A stretch of 64,000 nt of DNA from assembly GCA_002269645.1 (NCBI GenBank), contig NIVC01001771.1, positions 175,473 to 239,472 on the forward strand. The letters run 5' to 3'. Each line of letters opens with the position of its first letter. Positions within the stretch are counted from its first letter, which is position 1. Of the stretch, positions 12,207-24,609 are shown one piece after another. The stretch is from Macrostomum lignano (taxonomy: Eukaryota). The notes beneath the pieces were generated by a model. It ran no database searches. It was given only the letters and a program-made list of their open reading frames with translations, and was not told where the DNA came from. The translations under genes were made by a program, and so were the position numbers.

Positions 12207-13510
12207 GGTAGCTAAGGGTGGTAGCTAAGGGTGGTAGCTAAGGATGGTAGCTAAGGGTGGTAGCTAAGGATGGTAGCTAAGGGTGGTAGCTAAGGATGGT
12301 AGCTAAGGGTGGTAGCTAAGGATGGTAGCTAAGGGTGGTAGCTAAGGATGGTAGCTAAGGGTTGTAGCTCAGGGTGATAGCTAAGGATGGTAGCTAAGGG
12401 TGGTAGCTAAGGATGGTAGCTAAGGATGGTAGCTAAGGGTGGTAGCTAAGGATGGTAGCTAAGGGTGGTAGCTAAGGATGGTAGCTAAGGGTGGTAGCTA
12501 AGGATGGTAGCTAAGGGTGGTAGCTCAGGGTTGTAGCTCAGGGTGATAGCTAAGGGTAGTAGCTAAGGGTGGTAGCTAAGAGTGGTAGCTAAGGGTGGAA
12601 GCTAAGGGTGGTAGCTAAGGGTGATAGCTAAGGGTGAAAGCTAAGGGTGGTAGCTAAGGGTGGTAGCTCATTTAGGGTGGTAGCCCCATCTAAACCTAGT
12701 ATCCTTAGCTAAGGGTGGTAGCTAAGGGTGGTAGCTAAGGGTGGAAGCTAAGGGTGGTAGCTAAGGGTGGTAGCTCATTTAGGGTGGTAGCCCCATCTAA
12801 ACCTAGTATCCTTAGCTAAGGGTGGTAGCTAAGGGTGGTAGCGAAGGGTGGTAGCTAAGGGTGGTAGCTAAGGGTGGTAGCTAAGGATGGTAGCTAAGGG
12901 TGGTAGCTAAGGGTGGTAGCTAAGGGTGGTAGCTAAGGGTGGTAGCTAAGGGTGGTAGCTAAGGGTGGTAGCTAAGGGTGGTAGCTAAGGGTGGTAGCTA
13001 AGGGTGGTAGCTAAGGGTGGTAGCTAAGGGTGGTAGCTAAGGGTGGTAGCTTAGGGTGGTAGCTAAGGGTGGTAGCTAAGGGGGGTAGCTAAGGGTGGTA
13101 GCTAAGGGTGGTAGCTAAGGATGGTAGCTAAGGGGGGTAGCTAAGGGTGGTAGCTAAGGGTGGTAGCTAAGAGTGGTAGCTAAGGATGGAGCTAAGGGTG
13201 GTAGCTAAGGATGGTAGCTAAGGATGGTAGCTAAGGGTGGTAGCTAAGGGTGGTAGCTAAGGATGGTAGCTAAGGGTGGTACATGTAGCTAAGGATGGTA
13301 GCTAAGGGTGGTACATGTAGCTAAGGATGGTAGCTAAGGGTGGTACATGTAGCTAAGGATGGTAGCTAAGGGTGGTAGCTAAGGATGGTAGCTAAGGGTG
13401 GTAGCTAAGGGTGGTAGCTAAGGATGGTAGCTAAGGGTGGTAGCTAAGGATGGTAGCTAAGGGTGGTAGCTAAGGATGGTAGCTAAGGGTGATAGCTCAG
13501 GGTGGTAGTT
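12207..13510. repeat. 13-bp minisatellite (GGTGGTAGCTAAG)n
   Basis: About 95 copies; the reverse-complement family member is at 17478-17712. Confidence 0.95.
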
Positions 13511-14547
13511 CAGGATGATAGCTTTATAAATGAAGAACATAAAAATATGCGCATTAACGTACTCACCATTGAGGATTCAGATCAAGAAATTTTTAATATT
13601 TCTTAAACAGAACCCAAGCAACTATCGCTTCAGCGTTATTCAGGGAGAAGAATCGGGACTTTGAATTTGCAAGTTTAACCAGCACAGTCCTGGTCCAAGG
13701 ATTTTATTCAACTGAGCTGAGCAAGGCGCAGACAGCTGCGATAGAGACGGGAAATAAGAGGCACCATTCCAGCATGGAGCGCTACGGGTTTACAGCAGCG
13801 GGGGTAGCGAGGGTTGCTGTCACTGTCGCTGCGGCTAAACCAACATAAATGCATGCAGATAATGTGCTATAGCTAACACACAGTCGTAAATATCCCACAC
13901 CCATTCCGGCCCAGAGGGATCGCTATAGGGATATCCAGAACTGCATGCGCTTCTCCAGTTGCACGGAGGACCAGCTGACTGCCCCCCCCCCATGTCGCGT
14001 ATAGCCAGACCAGCGCTGCCAATGGCACCCGAGCTCTCCCAGACAGCTTGGATACAAGCTGGCGTGAGGAAGTACCAAATTACAATTTAACAATAAAAAT
14101 AAATGCAAAACAGCTAAAATGCAATTTCTAGCAAGAGTAAGAAATTCCAGGCTCGAGCGGTTAACGCTTGTATCTTTTAAAAATTGATGAAATGAAGAAA
14201 GGCTATTTTTCGAGCCAAATGGAAATTTATATCATTCCCAATTAGTTCATTCCTGTTCTCTAATAATTATACTATACAGAGAACGGTGCATGTTTTAGTG
14301 AGCAGGCCCAGCTTTTTTACAATACATCCGTGCTTATCACATACATTGAGAATGGCGATTATATACTGTACTTTTATTTTTAGCGCGAGTACCCCATGTA
14401 TCTGAAGCGATACATCCATCATATTTGTTCTAACTGGCTGCACTGCATCCGGTAATCAACAACGGGGCCAGCAGTCCTCGGTAGAGGGGGGATTTTTATG
14501 CAAAAACAAATCCCACAAATGCTTCATCCTGCTGACAAGATGGGTTC

Positions 14548-15748
14548 AAGTGCTGGCTACCACAATGGTGTCACAATAACGGAGGTGCAAGTGCTGGCTA
14601 CCACAATGGAGGTGTCACAATAACGGAGGTGTAAGTGCTGGCTACCACAATAGTGTCACAATAACGGAGGTGCAAGTGCTGGCTACCACAATAGTGTCAC
14701 AATAACGGAGGTGCAAGTGCTGGCTACCACAATAGTGTCACAATAACGGAGGTGCAAGTGCTGGCTACCACAATGGTGTCACAATAACGGAGGTGCAAGT
14801 GCTGGCTACAACAATGGTGTCACAATAACGGAGGTGTAAGTGCTGGCTACCACAATAGTGTCACAATAACGGAGGTGCAAGTGCTGGCTACCACAATGGT
14901 GTCACAATAACGGAGGTGCAAGTGCTGGCTACCACAATGGTGTCACAATAACGGAGGTGCAAGTGCTGGCTACCACAATGGTGTCACAATAACGGAGGTG
15001 TAAGTGCTGGCTACCACAATAGTGTCACAATAACGGAGGTGTAAGTGCTGGCTACCACAATGGTGTCACAATAACGGAGGTGCAAGTGCTGGCTACAACA
15101 ATGGTGTCACAATAACGGAGGTGTAAGTGCTGGCTACCACAATGGTGTCACAATAACGGAGGTACAAGTGCTGGCTACCACAATGGTGTCACAATAACGG
15201 AGGTGCAAGTGCTGGCTACCACAATGGTGTCACAATAACGGAGGTGCAAGTGCTGGCTACCACAATGGTGTCACAATAACGGAGGTGCAAGTGCTGGCTA
15301 CCACAATAGTGTCACAATAACGGAGGTGCAAGTGCTGGCTACCACAATGGTGTCACAATAACGGAGGTGCAAGTGCTGGCTACCACAATGGTGTCACAAT
15401 AACGGAGGTGCAAGTGCTGGCTACCACAATAGTGTCACAATAACGGAGGTGCAAGTGCTGGCTACCACAATGGTGTCACAATAACGGAGGTGCAAGTGCT
15501 GGCTACCACAATGGTGTCACAATAACGGAGGTGCAAGTGCTGGCTACCACAATAGTGTCACAATAACGGAGGTGCAAGTGCTGGCTACCACAATGGTGTC
15601 ACAATAACGGAGGTGCAAGTGCTGGCTACCACAATGGTGTCACAATAACGGAGGTGCAAGTGCTGGCTATCACAATGGTGTCACAATAACGGAGGTACAA
15701 GTGCTGGCTACCACAATGTAGGTCTCACAATAACGGAGGTACAAGTGC
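14548..15748. repeat. 41-bp minisatellite (GTGCAAGTGCTGGCTACCACAATGGTGTCACAATAACGGAG)n
   Basis: About 29 contiguous copies, no unique spacers. Confidence 0.95.
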
Positions 15749-16677
15749 TTCGGTAGGATAAAAGCGGTTCCGCAAACCTTATGCATTGGAATGGCGCAAG
15801 GGTTGCAGCACAGGAAGTCTGTACAAGTATTAAAAGCATTTTATTGACCAGTGCAGCGTGACTTTATGACGCATTAAATTCATAGCACACTGTGGCACAC
15901 GGACGGTCGCGGGCGGCAAAGAATACCACAAGCGCATTTCCAGGCTATTGTCCGCTATTGCTGCAACTACAAAGCAGCAATTTGCCAAATGGAATGCCTC
16001 TGCCGCTGCTTTTTCTATATAGTTGAAATTTGATCATTCAATTTTGTTTGAAATGTCACGCCAGACAACTGGGCAGGCGCACAGCGAGGGTCCTACATCC
16101 CTTGGACACTGGGCATATAAAAGTACACACGCATCTACGCCAAACGTTTGGGAATCGTAGCTGTGAAAGTTTTTTTTTGTAAAAAAATCCATTTCGTTTT
16201 CAGTCCCCAGCGCATTGGGCTTTTCGAAACCGGTCCATCCATCCAGCCGTTTTACGTATCAAAACAGATAAAAGCACACTGTTTTGCATACCTCCCTATC
16301 TGACATTTCAGCGTGGCATTTCGCTTCAACAACAGCTGACTGCCAGTAAAAACTCTTTAAGAATTAGGCCTGACTTTAGGTGCGGCTACAAGTGACAAAA
16401 AGCAACAAGAGCTGCTGACAAAACAGATGTTTTCTGGTGTCAATTCGGCATCGTTATTATTAGATTTTATTATTATGAGAAACGATATAAATAAACACGA
16501 CTAATTATCTGTACACAATATTTGCGCTAGGCTACTTGAAGTAGACAGAGAAATGAACTAGCCCGCTAACGAATGCAGTTTGCTGTTAAAACTCGCTAAT
16601 CAGATAGTTACTACGCAGAGCTGCCCAAGGAAGGCTAAATTTCCCATCCGAGAATTCGCGCACATCTCCTTAGCCAA

Positions 16678-17157
16678 TCACAGCAGGCCCTGACGTTTGA
16701 GATCTTCGTACACCTTCTTCGTGACCACATTGCCCATCGAGTCTTCGAACTCTTCCTCCGCGTCGGGCCGCCAGCGCTCCTGCTCCTTCTGGGTGCGCAG
16801 CCGCTGCCACAGCGCGATGGCGTCCTCAATGCTGGTTACATTGGCGAAGTGGGCCGTGTTGGGGATGCCCAAGCAGCGCATGCCGTGCGCGTGACGCCAT
16901 TCGGCAAAATGGCGTTGAAACGCTTTGGGCCCGCGATACGTGTGATTGCCGCAGATCTCGCACGTGTAGTACAGGTTCAGGCCGTGCAGCTTGTACAGCC
17001 AGTAGGGGATGGGCTTGCCGTCCCAGCCGAGCGGCAGGTTCTTCGGGTTGTACGGCACGTCGTCCTCGTCTTGATCGTCGTCATCGTCGTCTCGCATATC
17101 GGCGCCCCGGCCGCCGGGCGTCATCATCTCGATGTCTTCCTCGTCTGAGTCTTCGGC
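16678..17157 (-). CDS. SF3A3: Splicing factor 3A subunit 3 (Prp9/SAP61), last exon with C2H2 zinc finger
   Basis: [25 protein letters not shown]...[36 protein letters not shown]...EDLKRQGLL; acceptor catag|gcc. Confidence 0.97.
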   Translation of the reverse strand, partial: AEDSDEEDIEMMTPGGRGADMRDDDDDDQDEDDVPYNPKNLPLGWDGKPIPYWLYKLHGLNLYYTCEICGNHTYRGPKAFQRHFAEWRHAHGMRCLGIPNTAHFANVTSIEDAIALWQRLRTQKEQERWRPDAEEEFEDSMGNVVTKKVYEDLKRQGLL

Positions 17158-17316
17158 CTATGGGTGTTGCGGTGGTAAAAGGAGGTGCACAGGATGCTGA
17201 ATAATGGAGTACACATTTTTAGGTGCAAAAATAAAAAATTCCGCCACTGAGCAGTTGCGCGCATAGGAAATTGGGGCAGGTCAAATGCCGTGGACACATA
17301 TCTCAGAGGTGTGCGG

Positions 17317-17390
17317 CAGAGCAGCTCAGCGATAAATGCGCCCGACTCTCGCGCTGCGACCCCTGGTTCGATTCCGTGCGAAAACACATT
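17317..17390 (+). mobile_element. tRNA-derived SINE head fragment
   Basis: Degenerate A box GCAGCTCAGCG and B box GGTTCGATTCC; no acceptor stem. Confidence 0.4.
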
Positions 17391-17477
17391 CATTTGGGGC
17401 TTGAACACGAAAATTGGCCAGAGGGGGGTTGATTTAGGGAGCTGGTATTGCGTCCATTTAATGTTGCTGATTTAGGG

Positions 17478-17712
17478 CGCTACCACCCTGAGCTACCAAC
17501 CTGAGCTACCACCCTAAGCTACCACCCTGAGCTACCACCCTGAGCTACCACCCTAAGCTACCACCCAAAGCTACCATCCTGAGCTACCACCCTGAGCTAC
17601 CAACCTAAGCTACCACCCTAAGCTACCACCCTAAGCTACCACCCTAAGCTACCATCCTGAGCTACCACCCTGAGCTACCATCCTGAGCTACCACCCTAAG
17701 CTACCACCCTGA
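17478..17712. repeat. 13-bp minisatellite (AGCTACCACCCTR)n in SF3A3 intron 2
   Basis: Reverse complement of the 12207-13510 unit. Confidence 0.92.
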
Positions 17713-17772
17713 GCACCCTGTGTGAGCGTGTATAAAGAATATCTCCAAGATGACAGTCCTCAAACAAATAAC

Positions 17773-18591
17773 CTTATAATCGGCTTGGGCCTGCTTTCGC
17801 ACAGCCTTCTCCCTAGAAGCGGCCCGCTCCTCGCTAAGCAGCTCGCATAGTCGATAGATTCGCGCCTCAATTGCGGCCACCTCGCGCTGAGCCTCAGTCC
17901 GCTGCTGCTGATGCCCGGGCGCTGCGGCCGGCGCCCCGGTTGGCCGCTTAGCAAACAGGCCGGGCTCCAGGTCGGCCAGCCGACGGCCCTTTGTAGACCA
18001 CAGCCGCCTGGCCCGCTCCTCCAGGGTGCCGCCGCACTTCAATCCCAGCGCTGTCAGGGCCGACTTCAGGCGGTCCAAGCCGAGGGAAGCCAGCTCCTCC
18101 CAGCGGGAGAAGGCCGCCAAATCCAGGTGCGCGCCAGAGTGGGCCATGGCCGAGGCCGCCTCCTTCGGCCAGCCGGGAAACTCGCCAGTTGGCCATTGAC
18201 GCTCCAGAGCGGCCTCGGCCGAGGAGAACTCAGCGTCCAGATCGATCAGCGGCCTAGACCGGCCGCAGAAGTCGGACAGATAGGCCAACAGCTGCTGGGC
18301 GTACTGCCTATAGGCGGCTGTGGCCTTCCGTTCGCGCGGCACGTCGAATAGCCGATCGAATATCGACAGATAAGTGGCATAGTCGATACAATCGACCCCT
18401 TTCAGATTCAGGTAGCGATCGTGGCACAGGTGCAAGTCCAGGTAGCGGCCGTAGCCTTCCTCGTCGGAGAATTCCACAGTCTGGGCGCCGGCCTCGTCCG
18501 GATTGTCGCGAATGCTGACGAATCTGTCAAATTCGGCGGACAGCGGCGCGGCGATCTCGTCTGGCCGGCGGCGGTGATGCTCGCGAATTGT
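17773..18591 (-). CDS. SF3A3: SF3A3 exon 2
   Basis: ctgcag|[12 protein letters not shown]...[15 protein letters not shown]...[29 protein letters not shown]. Donor aag|gttatt is weak, so the 3' boundary is less certain. Confidence 0.93.
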
Positions 18592-18764
18592 CTGCAGATC
18601 AGGTGGGTCATTTTTTATGTAGAAAAAAATAGTTAAATCTCTAGGTAGCTACTGAGGAGCAGTTAGGAGTAAAAATGGCAAATTTTAACCTAATCAGTGC
18701 AGATGCTTGGTAACTACTTGCGAGTAGCAACACAGACATTAAATGGCTATCTCTACATATAAAA

Positions 18765-19180
18765 ATCAAAATCTCTACATATAAAAATCAAAACTCTGTC
18801 TGTCTGTGTGTGTCTGTACAATTTTGATCGCTATGGCCTCCCAAACCGCTCAACCAAATGACACCAAACTTTAAACCCACCCTAAACTTACTACGGAGAA
18901 TGTCTTAGGCTACCTTTAAATTTTCTAAAAATTTGTCTTCCTATTTAAAAGTGCAAAAAACTGCTCAAAATGCGTGATTTTTTCTCTAAATCCTCCATAG
19001 CGCCGCTCTACTTTTACCAATCCTCTTCAAATTTGACACAATCAATATTCAACTATTTTGACACAATTGTGTAAAATTTTGAGTCTCAAAGTTATTCCCG
19101 AATGGCGCTGTGCACTTTTAAAGTTAGGCTGTTTTTTTGTCAGCGAGACAGCCACCCCAGCCTCGCCTGCCTCTCTTTCC
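18765..19180 (+). mobile_element. Putative non-autonomous Helitron-like 5' segment
   Basis: TC-start TCTACATATAAAAATC (duplicated) followed by (TGTC)n and AAACCGCTCAACC..ACCAAAC, as in invertebrate Helitron-N ends. No 3' hairpin or CTRR identified. Confidence 0.35.
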
Positions 19181-19920
19181 CGATGTGTAAGGGGTTTTAA
19201 AATTGACTAACTTTCAGCTGCCACAAGTTTGCTCAACGTGAAGCCATTGCCTTGAAACTTGACACAATTCTTCTTTGCCTTATTCACTGTCTAAATGTAA
19301 AGTCTCAACTCTGTAACTCAATCAGAACAGAAACTGTAGGCATGCGAAGTTTGTCTGCTTTTTCTGTTGTTTGTGCCGCTCATCCAACTCATTCCCCCAG
19401 ACGAAGGGCGATAGGGCTCAATGTACATAGCGAATGTACAGTGTTTTGGAATAACTTTTTAATAGCCTTCTCTGTACCCCCGCGAGTGGAGAGGCGTGGA
19501 GAGGAGAGACAGTTTAGCGAGAGATTCAAACCACTGTCCTCTGTATAGACAGTCTGCAGCAGACCAGCAGTTAAACAAGGATGGCAAATCAAGGCGATGT
19601 GGGATGCATGGTTTGTAAAAAAGCGAAAAATTAATAACTGATTACAATGCAATCCTATTATCCTACTAAATTACTTACACCATGAAAATTTTAACATTAA
19701 GATTCGCATAAGGTACTTTAAAATTTAAACGGCCTCCTAAGAAATGCGTATTTCCTTGGTCGTTAGACTGCTGCAGACTGTGGTGGTGGAGCTGGAGAAT
19801 GGAGATACACAAATTCCTCTCAGGGCTGCTAATTGGCCAGAAAGATGACGTGATTAAAGCATGAGAAATGATAACAACCATGATAGTACTATGTCCCACA
19901 AACTGGCTTTCGATTCGAAG

Positions 19921-21448
19921 CAGGGATCGGCAGATTTTTATCTCAATGGCCAAATAAAGAATCCAGCTCATGGCTGCGGGCCAGATGAGAGTGAAAAGGA
20001 AAAGGAATAGACTATTAGAAAGGGAGGAGAGGCGAGAGGGGGATAAGAGAAAAGATAGATAACAGGAGAGACGAGGGGGTTGAGGAGAGAGCAGAGAATA
20101 TGGGACGAAGAAGCGAGAGGAGGGGAGAGAGAAGGGAGAGGAAAAAGTGGAGGTGAGAAGATGGAGAGAGAAGAGGGGAGAGATGAGACAGAGGATCGGT
20201 GAGAGAGGAGAGTAGAGAAGAGTGAAAAGAGATGAGAGAACAGAGAGGCAGATGAGAGAGGATCGAGAGGAGAGATTAGAAAGGATAGAGAAGAGAGGAG
20301 ATAAGAGGGGGAGAGAGGGGGAGAGAGAAGAGTGAGAAGAGAGGCGATAAGAGATTAGAGAGAGAGAGTTGAGAAAGAAGAGAGGAGAAAGGAGAGATGA
20401 TAGAGTAAAGGGAAGAGGAGGAGAGAGGAAAGAGATGAGATTGTAGAGATGAAAGAGATGAAAGGAAAGATGAGAGAGTAGAGATGAGAGATGAAGGAAG
20501 TGAGAGCAGAGTGCAGAGAGACGAGAGAAGAGAATAGAGGGCAGAGAGTATAGAAGAGGGAAGAGAAGAGAGGAGTAAGGAAAGAGAGGAGTCAGAAGAG
20601 GGGAAAGAGAAGAGTACACAGTAGAGAGGAGAGTAGAGATGACAGAAGAGAGGGGAATGAGAGAGCAAAGATGAGAGTGAACAGACGATATAAGAGAGGA
20701 GATAGGAGAGTGGAAAGAGAAGAGAGAAGACAAGAGAGGGAGAGAGTATAGAAGAGAGAAGAGAAGAGACGAGAAGAAAGAAGAAAGGAAAGAGAGTCCT
20801 GAGTCAAAAAAAGGGGAAGATAGGAGTACAAGAGGAGAGAGGTGAGATAACATATGAGAGTAAAGATGACAGATGAGAGAGGGGAGATGATAGAGCAGAA
20901 ACGAGAGTGAACAGAGGAGAGATGGGAGAGTAGAGAAAAAAAGGAGAGATAGAAATAAGAGATGAGAGATGAAAGGTGAGACAAAGGGAGAGACAAGTGA
21001 GTGAGGAGAGAGAAGGGGAGGGGAGAGAATCGAGAGGACAGGGGCAAGAGGGGAAAGGACGAGAGGAGAGGAAAGAGGGGAGAGATAGAGTACACAGAGA
21101 GATTAGAGAGGAGAAGAGAGATGGGACAGGAGAGAGCAGAGAGATGAGAGGAGAGAGTTGAGAGAAGACAAGGGAGGAGAGAGGAGAGATGAGGGAAGCA
21201 TTGAGAGAGGGTAGAGTAAGGAGTGAGAAAGGAGGAGAGGGAAGAGAGAGTAGAGAGCAGAGAGCAGAGACGAGAGAGAAGAGAGGAGAGGAGACAGAAG
21301 AGATGAGAGGAGAGAGAAGAGATGAGAGGAGAGAGAGAGAGAGAGAAGAGACGAGAGAGGAGAGGAAACAGAAAAGATGGAAGTTTCAAAGGATCCAAGG
21401 GACATAGGGAGAGGCAGAGGTAGAGGCCAGAGTTTGCCTGACATTCTG
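19921..21448. mobile_element. hAT-like MITE with internally expanded GA-rich tract (about 19985-21400)
   Basis: Ends CAGGGATCGGCAGATTT and AGTTTGCCTGACATTCTG align with the ends of the 54256-54573 copy. No TSD seen. Confidence 0.6.
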
Positions 21449-22009
21449 CGCAGCACCCCAGCCAATAATATCCATGTTTGCCTCAAATCCTAATTTTACA
21501 CGAAGGTACTCTATTTTATGTTTAATTTAACTCTATCATAACGAATAACAAGTTTTTGTTTGAGCTTGACCTCAGATTTTGAATACATGCAAAAATAGTT
21601 CCGGGGATTGGAATCATACATGCGCATCCGCCAAAATTCGGTCGGCCGTGCGACTTAGTTTTAACAAAAATGCGACGTAGTTTTTGGCCAAAAATGCGAC
21701 TTACATGTAAAAAAACCCTAAAGCAAAATTAACGCAACTTTGGGTAAACGGCAGGAGTAACTATGAATGTCCTATTAAGCCAAAATGCCTCGTCAGCTAC
21801 TTAGTACTACTACTTGGGTATTTTTTGGGTGGGCATTTTTGCGACTTCCTTGGTTGGCTGCCAAATCAGTCGGCCAGATCGGCTGACTCGGCCGACTGTT
21901 GCGCATGTATGATTGGAATTCCCCGGGTTCAAAATCCGCGGGTTTCAACAGCTTGTTAATAATATAATAATAATAATTGATAACACCTTGACCTAATGGC
22001 AAGATGTGC

Positions 22010-22258
22010 AACCGACAGCTCAGCCGCTGCTATCGCGCGGCGCATCTGAAGGCTGCGTACGGCTGTTCAGTCCAAGGATTGGGGGGTCACCACACTCACC
22101 CTGAATTACCCCAGCTAATGCTGGCACCCATTTTACAGCTGGGTTGATCTGAAGCAATGCAGAGTTGAAGTGTCTTGCTCTGTGTCTGGCAGTAGGATCG
22201 GGAATCAAACCCCCAACCTTCCAGCCGTAAGTCGGACGCAACTAGTAGCCACTAGCTA
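22010..22258 (-). mobile_element. CORE-like tRNA-SINE, copy 2 (SF3A3 intron 1)
   Basis: Colinear with 9522-9775, e.g. GCGCATCTGAAGGCTGCGTACGGCTGTTCAGTCCAAGGA is shared. Confidence 0.8.
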
Positions 22259-22300
22259 CAATTCCACCTTTTATCATTAATAGGATATTAACAGTAGAAC

Positions 22301-23167
22301 TACCAAGAGGGGGGGGGGGAATTCCCCCCTGACAATTTTTTTTGCTGCGCCGGAACGGAGCAACGCAGGCACACGAAATTCAAGAACACGGGCTAACTTT
22401 TTGTTGCGCACCTTCTCAAACAAGAATCAAGTCGCCAGCCCTTCGGACCGTCGAGATATTCGACGATTCTGCCAGAAGGTCGGATTTTTCCCATTAGTGC
22501 TAGTGTATTCAGTACACCCCTGTGCGCCAATCAGCACTGCGCCTCAGTGCAGCCTTGCCAAGTCTCCAAATTTCATCAGCACGTCGACCACATGTGTCTG
22601 CATCAGTTCTGACTTCGTTGGTCACTAGGCCATAGTCACGTGGTGTAATCTGTTGAAGGAGCCGACGGCGTCGGAATGATGACGGAATGCTTGAGAGACT
22701 AGCTGAGAATGTCTGACGGTTGATTCTTGCCCACTGTCGAGGCTTGATCGGCGAAACTAGAGAAATCCGCATCAGGGTGTCCATAGTCACCTGGTGCCAC
22801 AGCTGTTGAGGGTCCAGAAGCTCCACCTGGGTGAAGGCTAGTGACCAACGAAGTCAGAACTGATGCAGACACATGTGGTCGACGTGCTGATGAAATTTGG
22901 AGACTTGGCAAGGCTGCACTGAGGCGCAGTGCTGATTGGCGCACAGGGGTGTACTGAATACACTAGCACTAATGGGAAAAATCCGACCTTCTGGCAGAAT
23001 CGTCGAATATCTCGACGGTCCGAAGGGCTGGCGAGTTGATTCTTGTTTGAGAAGGTGCGCAACAAAAAGTTAGCCCGTGTTCTTGAATTTCGTGTGCCTG
23101 CGTTGCTCCGTTCCGGCGCAGCAAAAAAATTGTCAGAGGGGGGAAATTCCCCCCCCCCCTCTTGGTA
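22301..23167. mobile_element. Foldback/MITE with about 330-bp near-perfect inverted arms
   Basis: 22301-22628 is the reverse complement of 22838-23167; 209-bp spacer; TA at both ends. Confidence 0.85.
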
Positions 23168-23335
23168 TTGTAGTTCGACGGGCGGAAAAATGGCTTGGTA
23201 TTCCTACTGTTAATACAGGCGCTTACTGTCTACTTATGAGTAGCACGCATGGAATTTTATGGCCATTATTGTAGGACGCTCGCTAACTGTCTGTGTGTAG
23301 CAATATGCAGACACGAAACAAAAACAATGAATCAC

Positions 23336-23602
23336 CTGAAGCCGTTCGTTAAGTTCGGCAAACTCGTTCGGCCCGCTCAGCGCTTGAATATCGGCCTTGC
23401 GCAATCCGTCTTTGTCCTCGTAGAGCTCCTTGAGCTGCCGGCTGGCCTCCTTGTGCCGGTCCAGCATCGCCTTCAATCGGTGGTCGCTGTTCACTCGCTC
23501 CCGATGGGTGCGCGGCTGGAACTTCTTCTCCCGGCAGATTTCATTTAATAGCCGTTCCCGCTCCTCGTGCAATCGGCGTTGCAGTTCTAGAATTGTCTCC
23601 AT
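23336..23602 (-). CDS. SF3A3: SF3A3 exon 1 (coding)
   Basis: METILELQRRLHEERERL...NSDHR...DKDGLRK...SGPNEFAE; donor cag|gtgatt. Joined protein about 521 aa. Confidence 0.96.
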
Positions 23603-24609
23603 GGCAACTAAAGTCTGACTAGCATCAGAAAAATGGAAGAAATTATTGATAAACAACAACTTTAGGCACATATAGGCTTTAGGCTTAAATGCATTGGTGG
23701 ACAAAATATTGCTTGATTAACATCTACTGAGTATGTGGCTAGGCTACAGACCCTATAATGAAATTGCCATACAATACCTGCCATGCCTAAGATTCCATTT
23801 GAGGGGTAGTTTTGAGCAAAGTTGTCTCTGTCTAAGCCAGCTGCTAGACTTCTACCTATGGTTCATAAAAACAAATGTTGAAAGGCATCTGGCATGAATG
23901 TAAAATTGGCTATGATAGTACCATAGGGCATAGTAGACTTAGTAGAATAAAGTTGTTATCAACAATCTCATATAGCTCTGCATTTAATAAAGAGGTGAAC
24001 AACTAGACTAGAAATTTCAGTATGAATGGATACCCTAAAAATCTCATTTTAGTTATTTGATTAGCAAGTTCATTACTGATTGAGGTTACTGGCAAGGTGC
24101 ATCAGAATCATGGGTGAAAAGCTGGATGGCCCTGTGATGGTCTTGCCTTTTCTATAGTGTCCCTTCGAACCTATAAAAAAAACTTAGAGATCTTCTTGGA
24201 AATGGTGCAAAACAACAATTAGGATTGTTTTTCACACAGTCAAGGTGGTCACTTACACATTAGTCTTTAGAGTTAGGGAGCATTGGTTGAAGAAATCTGC
24301 TATTCAGGACCACCTTCTGGAGTGCAAGTGATGCTATGACAGGAATCAATTGGGCTCTTCAAAAATATCAACTGTTCTAATTCTGAGTATTGGATTGGCA
24401 TTCTGAAATTGTTGCACATCAAGGCTCAAAGCCCTAGCCTCAATGTTCAGCTGTTGCATAGCAGGGCAAGTCACCTTAGGGTGTTCTGAGGTTGATTAGT
24501 TTGTGTATTTTGTATAGATTTTATATTTCCCTCTTTTGTGCTTGCTCTCTCTCTCTCTCTCACCCCCATTTTTAATGGTCTTTTATACTTTTGTTCCTTT
24601 TCCCTTTTT

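Noticed and set aside
14548-15748. CRISPR-like array (41-bp repeats)
   Set aside because: Units are contiguous with no unique spacers, in a eukaryotic context with no cas genes; it is an ordinary minisatellite.
19675-21486. Leu/Ser-rich 'membrane protein' ORFs
   Set aside because: Translation of the CT/GA low-complexity tract inside SF3A3 intron 1.
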